Shown here: piece after piece, positions 32,801 through 42,604 of the stretch
How the letters are laid out: the number at the start of each line of letters is the position of its first letter
Position numbering within the stretch: the first letter of the stretch is position 1
Source of the DNA: Orbicella franksi
Taxonomy: Eukaryota
Direction of reading: 5' to 3'
NCBI GenBank assembly: GCA_964199315.1
Contig: OZ116705.1
Span: 5,456,001 to 5,520,000, forward strand
Length of the DNA: 64,000 nt
Position numbers and translations under genes: made by a program
The notes under the pieces: model-generated
Told to the model about the DNA's origin: nothing
Databases searched by the model: none
Seen by the model: the letters and a program-made list of their open reading frames with translations, nothing else

Positions 32801-35800
32801 GACGACGCTGCTGTGAGCGGTTCTGATGCGTCTACCTTGGTGATGACTCAAGGCCACAAGATATCATGGAAACCTGGAAACATTGAGATGGAGAAGGTGA
32901 GTGTACAGCGAAACTGCTTGATCTCTTTTCAGTACCCAGGGACTCCCTTATAATATGGTCGGGGATGCTCGTGGAAAAATTTGAATCACGCCCTTATATA
33001 TAGGAGACTAATCTGGGCGTGGCTCATTCGCTATTTGTCCCCTAAAAGAAACCACTTGAAACAGAATATTCTCGATTAACAACCGCCGTTCAGGAAAGAA
33101 GCCCGCACTAGTGGACCGGAATAGAGAGACCGGTGGAAATCGAGCCCAAAAATGGAAATAAGAGCGTTTTTTAACTATTATTTCTTCGAGTCAACCTTGC
33201 AGCTGAAAAGTACTTTGACAGCTAAAAAGAGTGGCGTTTTGTCATGAAGACCAAAAAGAGACCAAAATCCTTGATTCATACCCCTAATCGAGACGACGAG
33301 CAACCCCGACCTTTTCATTTGGGAGTCCCCCCAGGCCAGGTTGCCCGATTCTTAGAGTTGATTAGTTGTCAGCGAGCCATCAATCACGACAGCTACCCGG
33401 AAGTTCACGACCTCGACTTTTTAATTCAGTTGCAGCTCGTCAGATTTCAGGAAAATCCTTATTTCCTAACTGTCTGTCACTCAATTAATCCCATTTAGAG
33501 TAAGACCTGGCAAACGTTTGTAAGCTGTACTTTAGTGCACAATACATTAATCAACTACACTTCTTTGATTGTTTTTCGTTCTTCATCAACTAAAACTAAC
33601 TGGCTCTTCAACCAAAATTGAATTTTACATAAATAGCGCACTCTCTTGTTACGGTCTTTGTTTTCCTACATAGAGCGGTTTTCACTTGACTGTCGAAAAG
33701 TGATTGGTTTTGCACTCCGCCACACGATTGGCTTAAAAAACTCGCGCCAATTTTTCATCCAATCAGAAGTAAAACCAAACCGAATCGTGACTCGTGCGCA
33801 CTCGTTTTCCCGCGCTTTGAATTGCGTCAGTTACATGTAATTACTTGGAGTTTTGATTGGTTTACTGTATTGTCTATGTCCTTTGTGATTGGCTAGAGCG
33901 ATTATTTTGATTTTGATTTTACGACACTCAATTGAAAACCGCTCTATATTAAGGTTTGTTCTTTACAACCCTTCACAATGCCTTCAACATCGGTCTGAGC
34001 TAGGAAACTAATTATAAGGCAGGTCTGAAAGAGGGTATTGATTTAAGTGTGAGGTCTTAATTAAATAGGCTATCGAATGTTTGGTCAGGTTTGGGTACGG
34101 AAAATCGCAGATTTTGGTCTTGATTGGGGCAAGAGTTTTGGGAAGCGGTCCGCACACACCCACCCAATTTTTCTGGGAGTAGCCTTCCCCCAGGGGAATA
34201 ATAGTTACGGCATGTCGTGTTTAATTACGTTGGTCATCAGCTTCTGTTTAGAACGATTGATGTAGATCGTCTGTAGCGATAACCTTCTAGCTTGAAGGCA
34301 CTGGGATCCCAACGTCACTGGGATTTGTAAGTCGCTCAGCCGATAAGTCTAATATAAGGCGCTTGATCGTTATCTCACCCTCCCCAAACCCGCGGGGGAA
34401 TTGCTGGATTTTCTCCGCGCTCTCAGTGCTAACTAATAAATGTTGTGTATTTTTTTTACTGTTTATTCTTCACGAATTAATTTTTTAAACCGGAATTGCA
34501 GGTTGACGTATTGGTCAGTTCGGTCGGAGCATCCTGTCAAGCGATAGTCAATGCTGGTGTTCCTGCAATGACAAATCCAAACGTTGGAGACATTACTGTT
34601 AATTCCGGTTTACCTTTGACCAAGCAAGTGATCCACACAAACTGTTGCCAGTGGCAGGGTGGCCAAGGGGACGTGGTAGGTATATTTACCGAATGAATAG
34701 TGCTCTTTCTTTACCTTGAAGTAACATTTAAGAAGTAGGAAACACTTTACGTGTTTCCATGGCGTTATGAAAACACGATAAAATGTTAGGGGGAATGAAC
34801 ATGCAGGCGAGTGTTTCCACAGCTTTCTTTGGTTCTCCCAATATTTCAAGGTAGTAAAATACCAATGGAAAGAACAAAAATGAGCAAAGCTAGTTACCGT
34901 TTGGGGAAGATCGAGACCGATACAAATTCAATCCCGCGACGAAATAAAAAAACCCCTCGATTTCTTTGCCTGAAAATTTATTGGTGGAGAGTTACTGTTC
35001 AGTCAATTTTTGCCATTCCTTTTTACTTTAGACTCTACGGGCCATCGTCCAAAAGTCTCTGCAGAAGGGGGAAGAGCTTGGAGCGAGGTCCATTGCATTT
35101 CCTGTCATAGGCACTGGAAAACTCGGCTTCCCACGAGATGCAGCCTCGAGAATCATGTTAGAAGAAACGATCAGCTTTTGCCAAAACAATCCTTATTCTA
35201 ACGTGCAGGATATTCGATTTATCGTGTTCCAGGGAGATCAGGCATTAACTGCTGCCTTCAAACAAGAGATGGACAAATTGAAATCCAAATTCCGTCCTGC
35301 CTACACTATGAGGGGGCTGTTAAGCAGTATTCGTTCTAGGTTCCGACGAAGGGTCCCACTCTCTTCGGGGGGTGTTCATATCGAGGTTCTGCAAGGTGAC
35401 TTGTGCCAGGAGACAACAGACGCCATCGTGAATATAGCCAGCAAAGACATGAATATGGAGACTGCAGGAGCGTTGAGCAAGGCAGTGAAACTAGCAAGTG
35501 GTCCTCAAGTGGAGGCTGAGTGCAACCAGTTGGGACAGCAGTCGGGTGGATCAGCGGTGATTACTAGTGGAGGGAATTTAAAAGCTCATCACATCATTCA
35601 CATGATCCCAGACTCTGCGACAAAGGATCATCTGCAGCAGTGCGTGGAAAGATGCCTTCGTCTTGCAGAAACAAAAGGTCTTCAGTCCATTTCTATCCCA
35701 GCAATTGGAACTGGAGCATTCGGTTTGTCTGCTGTAGACTCAGCTAGCCTGATATTTCAAGCTCTTGGCAACTTTAGCGGAAGTTTCAACAACATTCGTA

Positions 35801-38611
35801 AGGTTAGGATTGTGGTCTTCCAACCTCAAATGCTGCAGTCATTTCAGCAGGAGAACCAGAGGCACTTCTCGTATTCTAGTGGAGGCACGGCTGCACCCAT
35901 TGGTAAGGATCACCGCTTTAGTGTGGAAGTCATAAATGGTGATCTAACTCAAGAGAGAACCGACGCCATCCTGAATATCAACAGCGCAGATATGAACATG
36001 AATAACGCCGGTGACTTGAGCAAAGCAATAGCAAGAGCCAGCGGTCAACAGGTGCAGCAAGAGTGTAGCCAGCTGGGAAAGCAGTCCGCGGGCTCAGCTG
36101 TGATGACCAGTGGCGGGAACTTACAAGTATCTCACATCATTCACATAATTCCGGGATCTTCAGATAAACAACATCTTCAGCAATGTTTGGAGGAGGGTCT
36201 TCGTGTTGCAGATGCACACAACCTTCGATCAATCTCAATTCCAAGTGTTGGTACCGGCGGATATGGCTTGGCCGCGGCGGACTCGGCTCAGGTAACGTTT
36301 CAAGCGCTCAACAACTTCAATGGCAGCTGTAAGAGTGTTCGCAAAGTGAGAGTGGTTGTATTTCAAGCTCAGATGATCCAAGAATTTTTGCAAGAGCAGC
36401 GGAGAGACTCAATGCAAGATGTGGACGAAGAAGAAAGCGACTCATCTTCAGATGAGACAGATGCTGGCCAGCCAAGAATGCGTGTAAAAAGTCCAATAAA
36501 ACAAGCAAGTCTTGACCACTCTGTGCGAATTTGTGTGATTGGCAAGAAAAAAGCTGGAGTGGAAAAAGCTGTGGAGTCTTTGAAGAAAGGTTTCTCTGAA
36601 GCTTGTACAACTGAGAAAGTCGAAAGTGAGGTCATTAGTCAACTCTCTCATAAACAGATTGTCAGCCTGAGAAGAAAAGCCGAGGACCGTGACGTCAAAC
36701 TTGTAGTCGAGGCTGATGTTGATCGCATTGTCGTACGGGGTCAACCGGCTGAAGTGTCCGGCATGGTCGGGGAGATCTGGAAAGAGATAAGTGAGAGGAC
36801 AAAAAAGACCCAGGAGGAAGAACAGGCGCAACTGGTGGCAATGAACATAGAATGGAGTTATGAAATACATGGTAGTAAAATGAATTTCGGTCGGAAAGCC
36901 AACGCCAAGATTGAGATGGCGAGCAGCAAAGATAAGCCCATAGTACAAGTATCTTTACGTGGAGACCAGTTTGCTATCGATTTGAAGGCAAAAACTGGCC
37001 GAGCGCAACGAACCGGTGAACAAATTACACTGACGAGGAAGGTAAAGGGAGCTGAAGAAGGTGAGTCACAGTCCATTATGTTACCGGTTATTATTATTAT
37101 TGTTATTTTGGCATCAGAAGTACAGCTCTGAAATGGAAAACCGCGCAAAAACACTCCTTAAAGTAAGATCACAGCAAAGCAATGCAGAGCAGAGGCTCGT
37201 GGAGCAGGGCAGGGCAGAGCAGAGCAGAGCAGCGCACCACGTTGCCACGTAACGCAGACAATTCATCCACAATAATTGTTGAGATGGTGAAGGGTGAAGG
37301 TTTTTACAGTTAGACATCCATTTAAATTAAGGGGGGTGATGCTGAAAATAAGTGAATCGACCCCGGCTTACACCATTTCCAAAGCTTTCTCGATACCCTA
37401 TAGCAAGTTTTCAAACAGAGAATTTGATAGAATTAAAGGGGAAAAGAACGGTGTCACATCGTTCTTCGTCACCTGTTTCTAAGATCGTTGGTTTAGTTTG
37501 GTGTCAGTGGAGTTAGCGATCACGGACCCATTCATATTCAGCCTAGTCGTTTGTCAATCTTTGTCTGGGGTATTATAGAGGAAACTAGAATGGATAGACT
37601 TGTCTGTTTTTGTGTAGACTATTTGTTAACGTAGTAGCCATTCTGTTTTCAGGAATTGCTCTTCCCAAACACTGGACGCCAATGCCAAATGCTAACATGA
37701 CAGTGCACCTGGTTCCACTCTCACGAAGTTCCACTGAGTACCAGGATGTCCAGCGCAAGTTCCAAGCTACCGCTGGTGCAGTGAGTATTCAGAAAATAGA
37801 ACGAATTCAGAATCCTCATCTTTATCAGTCTTACACCGTAAGAAAACAGAAGATGGACAAAGACATCGGTGGGAACAGTGAACGGCAGCTGTTTCATGGA
37901 ACCGATTCTAAAAATGTCAGCCATATCAACACTCAAGGATTTAACAGAAGCTTTTGTGGGGCTCATGGTGAGTGGTTTGTTAGTTACACCATTACTCTGG
38001 AAGGGTAGCTCACTATCCCCATTGGATCGATTATTTAACTTTTTCGTTGGGCTTATCCCGGATTTAGAAACAAAAGGCCTTCCATTTCAATTCACTCCAG
38101 TGAATTACAGGAATATCCGCCCTATTCTTGCTGATAACATGAGGTAGTGCTCTTAACATCCGTCTTCGCTCAAAAATTACTCATATTACCTCTATTCTGA
38201 TCGGTATCTAAGTAATTTTTTTTCTGTAATAAATTTTCTTATGCTGTTAGATGAATAGTTTGGAATCATTTCAATGCAGAATATATGCAGACAAATGTGT
38301 TATCCTTTTAAACACTTTTTCTGTTCCTTGCAGGAGTTGCCTTTGGCCGCGGTGTGTATTTTGCAAGAGACGCTCAATACTCACTTGGTTACGCAAGGGG
38401 AGGAGTCGGGGGCCGCCACATGTACCTTGCCCGGGTCCTGGTCGGGCAGTATTGTGTGGGCAACTCTTCAATGATAGTGCCTCCCCCAAAGAATCATTCA
38501 AGACCTGAGATATTGTATGAATCAGTGGTTAATAATCAAGGAAACCCGTCTATTTTTGTTGTATTTTATGATAATCAGTGCTACCCTGAATACCTTATAA
38601 CTATGCAGTAG
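26847..38611 (+). CDS. PARP14: PARP gene C: PARP14-like multidomain mono-ADP-ribosyltransferase (acidic tract, CUE-like, RGG, RRM, KH-like, 3 macro, WWE, PARP), ~2046 aa
   Basis: Exons 26847-26868, 27976-29313, 29977-30210, 31146-32896, 34502-34675, 35032-37060, 37653-37967, 38334-38611; all GT-AG and frame-compatible; sum 6141 nt. Symbol reflects architecture, not proven orthology. Confidence 0.9.
27976..29313 (+). CDS. Gene C exon: acidic tract, CUE-like domain, RGG-rich region, start of RRM-like domain
   Basis: ORF 27996-29318; acceptor TTTACAG, donor ACAG|GTTAGT. Confidence 0.9.
29977..30210 (+). CDS. Gene C exon: PARP14-type RRM
   Basis: SIVVSGISDNTTHDAIELHFESRRNSGGPVESVHF...AVVVFEDS. 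Confidence 0.9.
30522..31016. mobile_element. TA-flanked Tc1/mariner-type MITE
   Basis: TA|CAGTCGAACCTC ... GAGGTTAGACTG|TA; internal GCGACCACC repeats. Confidence 0.8.
31146..32896 (+). CDS. Gene C exon: KH-like repeats, acidic linker, start of macrodomain 1
   Basis: ORF 31148-32953 (601 aa); donor GAAG|GTGAGT. Confidence 0.92.
32938..33332. mobile_element. MITE, GGGACTCCCATAT-type family
   Basis: GGGACTCCCTTATAAT / TTTGGGAGTCCCCCC; homologous to 24880-25264. Confidence 0.75.
33671..33946 (-). mobile_element. MITE, TAGAGCGGTTTTCA TIR family
   Basis: TAGAGCGGTTTTCA / TGAAAACCGCTCTA; inverted homolog of 13520-13783. Confidence 0.8.
34502..34675 (+). CDS. Gene C exon: middle of macrodomain 1
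   Basis: VDVLVSSV...KQVIHTNC; phase 0-0; donor GTG|GTAGGT. Confidence 0.8.
35032..37060 (+). CDS. Gene C exon: end of macro 1, macro 2, macro 3, KH-like, WWE
   Basis: SIAFPVIGTG; GDL..E.TDAI.N; SISIP..GTG..G; IEWSY...KIEMA; donor GAAG|GTGAGT. Confidence 0.95.
37653..37967 (+). CDS. Gene C exon: PARP catalytic domain, N-terminal half
   Basis: LPKHWTPMP...IERIQNPHLY...LFHGT...GFNRSF. Confidence 0.95.
38334..38611 (+). CDS. Gene C last exon: PARP catalytic domain, C-terminal half
   Basis: GVAFGRGVYFARDAQYS...PSIFVVFYDNQCYPEYLITMQ*. Confidence 0.95.
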
Positions 38612-39304
38612 GCAAAATCCTTATGCGTCGACATCCTTGGTAGAAAAGTAGTTTGTAGTTCAATCAGTTATATTTTAATTATGCACAGTTTACCTGGTTT
38701 ATTCGGAGAGAGCAGTGAATGAAATGTAGTGAGTAGTGTTTTTTCTATGCACTTTTCAAAGTGCGTTTTTCCTTAGCGTACGGTGGTTTCAAAGGCCGTT
38801 TGTCCCGTTCCTGGGGAAGGGGGTACTCTACAAAGTTTTATACGGGGGGGGGGGGGGGGGGGCTCCGCCCCGAGGTCCACTGAACCCCTTATATTACCCT
38901 TTTGTATACCGTTTGACAGAAAAGGTCCCCCTTTCACCATGTTAACCAAACAAGCAAGTATTATTCATCTAATTCACGTTGTGCCGGGGTCGAGATGATA
39001 GATTTCCCTACCCTTTCATATACCTCAACATGTGGAATCCTTACCCTCTTATATACCTGAAGGGTGAAAAGGTACCCTTTTGAGCGGAGCCTCTTCGTAT
39101 AGGACATTATAGGGAGCACCCCCCTCCCCCCGTGGCTCCGTTATCCGTGGTTGCGAAATTATGAAAAACTAGCATTGAATTATATCTCCAGTAAGAATGT
39201 TGTAGTTATGAGGCCATGACGGAAATTTATTCATCTTTAACCCTTATGGTAATATTCATAATGTAAAGTAAAAACAGCTGCTCTCTTACAGGAAATTAAC
39301 GCCT

Positions 39305-39379
39305 CGTGATTAGTAATAGTAATCGGACCGAGTGGAGTACAATTCAGGCAGTAATCGGGCGAATGATCTTAAAATCGGA

Positions 39380-39428
<49 letters not shown>

Positions 39429-39430
39429 GG

Positions 39431-39470
<40 letters not shown>

Positions 39471-39710
39471 TGTCTAAAACAAATTTCGGAGTTAAAAATG
39501 TCTTTTGAGAACTTCTTTTGAGCGAAAACAAGCGCGCGTAATTGGCATGCGAATTGCGTGAGTATCCAATTACAGGTATCCAATTACAAAAAGTTCAAAT
39601 TGGATACCTGTAACTGGACACCCACGTGATCGCGCACCGATTACGTGACAAATAGACGCGCGGAGAACCAATCCCAATCGAGAATTTTGTTATAGACACG
39701 ATTAATTCCA
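39305..39710. mobile_element. Non-autonomous DNA-transposon-like repeat
   Basis: Internal inverted AATCGGACGAGCGCGAAGCGCGAGGCCGATTT and TACAATTCAGG / CCTGAATTGTA; ends fuzzy. Confidence 0.55.
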
Positions 39711-40512
39711 TTATTTTCGTCCCAGTTTCGCTATACCATCCCATGCTAAGCTAACAAAGGCATTCTACGAATGTCTTGGAGCAGAAGGGAAATCTATCAG
39801 GGTGGAGATCCGTCACTATCATGTTCACCGTGAAGAACCCTCGATGTGGCAGGATTGCTTCGCTAGACCCCTGCGTTATGGGACAATTCCACGAACTGGT
39901 TTGCAGCTGAGATTTTTACACCTTGTGTTGTCCCTTTGCGTAATAAGTCGCGTTAATTAACCCCGTGTTGAAATGTTAGCACCTCTCTCCCGTGAAGCTT
40001 CCATTGTTAGGATGTAATTTTTCCTTCAATGCGTTTTAATTTAAGTAGCGTATGTAAAATTTGAATAATTCATAATAAGGTACTTAGGAGGACTTCGACA
40101 TGTAATTTTTTTTTAGATGTGAATGTTAGGATTGGAATGTTATTGAACATGAAATTAACTTGAACTGGTGTTTCTGTTCTACATTCATCGGAGTAAATAT
40201 TTTACGGAACACATGATCAGAATAGTAACCAAATTCCAGGAACGACTTAAATAAGTTTGAGAGTGAAAATGGGTTAAGAATCAGTGTCATCGTTGGTGCA
40301 ACTGTTACAATTCGGACCCAAAGAATTATATAGATGTACGGTAATGGCCTCTCGGACACATCTCTGAAGTCGTTTCAGGAGGAAATGGATTTCCAACGGG
40401 TTCCTACGTGTCACATTGTCAAGCTCGCTAGAAAATGCATCAATGCATGCCTTCTCTTTATTAGCCTAAAAGTCGCCATTATCTTATTCTGTATTTAAAC
40501 ACGATAAGCACC

Positions 40513-40864
40513 GGGGGAAACTCCCATATACAAGGGACCGGGGTGCTCATCGGAAAATTTTTTCACCCCTAAGAGGTACTAGTCTCCTTCGCAGCCGTTA
40601 TTAGGGTCGTCACGCAATGCTCCTCCCCACTAACCCGTTAGTGGGGAGGAGCGTTGCGTGACGACCCTAATAACGGTTGCGAAGGAGACTAAAGAGGTAC
40701 CAATTCTAAAACAACACATCCCCTGGCATATTTTTTTCAACTCAATACCCTAAGAGGTACCGCGAAAGCTCCGGCCGTGGGGCTTTTGAGGCTGAACACC
40801 CTGAGAGGTACCAAAACCACTTTTTTTTTAACTCCCGACCTTTCTATATGGGAGTACCCTCCCC
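40513..40864. mobile_element. MITE, GGGACTCCCATAT-type family, interrupted by a nested MITE
   Basis: GGGGGAAACTCCCATAT / ATATGGGAGTACCCTCCCC. Confidence 0.8.
40580..40691. mobile_element. Palindromic MITE with a 9-bp TSD
   Basis: TAGTCTCCTTCGCAGCCG... / ...CGGTTGCGAAGGAGACTA; TSD AAGAGGTAC at 40571-40579 and 40692-40700. Confidence 0.9.
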
Positions 40865-42339
40865 AGGGGATAAGCACTCAAAGTAAAGATCACTTCTGTT
40901 AAGCTAATGTTTCGGCAAGAAAGTTCACTTGACTTTATGATGTCATTAATCCAGCCCAAAGCGTTGAGGTTAAAAAGAGGAAGGTTCACGTACAGGGAAC
41001 CCAGGAGTGAGTAGATCTACGGGAATAAGGTGTTCTAGCTCACTCCAGGCTCTCGGTCAGTGGCGAAGGTCGAAAAAGCGGGCGCGGGACGAGCGGGATC
41101 TGGTAGTGTGTGCATTGTTACGCAATAAAGATTGTGATATTATAGAAAGTGAATAAAGGAGAAATTTCTCCAAGTTTAAGCTGTGTGCGTTGTCCCAAAG
41201 TTGAGATATTCGTCGAAATGTTCCGCGCAAAATTATAGAGCCCCCCGCCATGTTGGTGGACCTCCTTAGTCCTCCAATATCGCGGCCGGAAAACTTACTT
41301 TGGTTATCTAGTTGTCTGATTATCTGAACAGAACCAAAAAGCATTTACACAAGCACTTTCCTAATATTTTAACTCCTAAAATGGCTAAATATCACGAGAT
41401 AAATGTATATTAAGTTGTAATTTTAGCATTTTAAAATCATTGTAAGTTTACGTTTAATTGTAATTTTAGCTTTTTAGCCCTTTTATTTCCTGATGAGGAT
41501 GACTTTAGTTTTGGATTTGAGAATTTGATGACGTCACGTGAACACACTGCATGACCAGCGTTATCACCCATGATGTCAGGTCACGTGGCACCAAAAAAAT
41601 AAGCTTCATGTGGTGGCATGCACTTCCTTGATTGCCTGATCCCTCATAGCCTACGTGTAGCCGATCCCTCGGGGTTTTATTTCTTCTTACCTGAAGGTAA
41701 GCCACTACTTTTTTTTAGGTTAGGTTTCTACTCAATAACAACGTATTTCCGTGCCTGTTTGGTGGTGTGTGGTTTTTGACACGGGCTTGCGTGATTCGTG
41801 AATGATACCTCACCTAGATCGTTCTACAGCACAGTATAATATAAGGACATGAAGATATCATCTAACTTACGTATGTAGTTCTGGGTTTGTCTCATGTATT
41901 CCTTAACACTCCTCAGCCACCTCGCTATGTTTTGTTGTTTATACACTGGCTATCGCTCTGAGTTTGCGTGACATTTTATTTAGGCAGGACAAAGGGATGT
42001 CAGGGATGTAAACAACTATACAGAGTTGTTATTTTTAGTCCATGATCGAATGCTAAAACGTTGCGATACACGTAGAATTTTCATTTTAGCCTCCGCACCT
42101 AAATGTCCGACAGTTTCCGACATTCAATAAACACTAGTAAATTTTCCCCGTTTCTTAGCATAAACTTAGCTTCGAACCGAATCGAAGTATCCCTTCCGGC
42201 TCGAAATCAAATGCTCTGATGTATATTCTAATGTATGTTTTCGTTGTAATTGGAATGAATGATATACATGTGTAATATAATTACGTGCTATTGCAGGTAA
42301 CAAATTAATTCGAGTGTACTCGGTTAAGCTTTCAACATT

Positions 42340-42604
42340 ATGCTTGGTGGAGGACAACATACCGGTCCAGATTTAGCGAACACAGAATGGAGTTATGAAA
42401 GACATGGGACTAAAATATTATGTGATCAGGAAACAAAGGAAAAGATTGAGATGGCATACTACAAAGATGAACCCAGAGTAGACGTAAGCCTACATGGAGA
42501 AGTGTTTATTATTGATCTGATGACTAAAACTGGCCAGGGGCAGCAGACTGGTGAACACATAATACTAACCAGGAAGTGGTTGAGATCCTCTGATCAACCT
42601 GCAG
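42340..42604 (+). CDS. Gene D exon: WWE domain
   Basis: TEWSYERHG...KIEMAY...VDVSLHGEVFIIDL, homologous to the gene C WWE. Confidence 0.8.

Noticed and set aside
41529-41540. CRE/E-box (TGACGTCACGTG) as gene D promoter element
   Set aside because: Appears to fall at the end of a repeat-like segment, and a single short motif is not enough support
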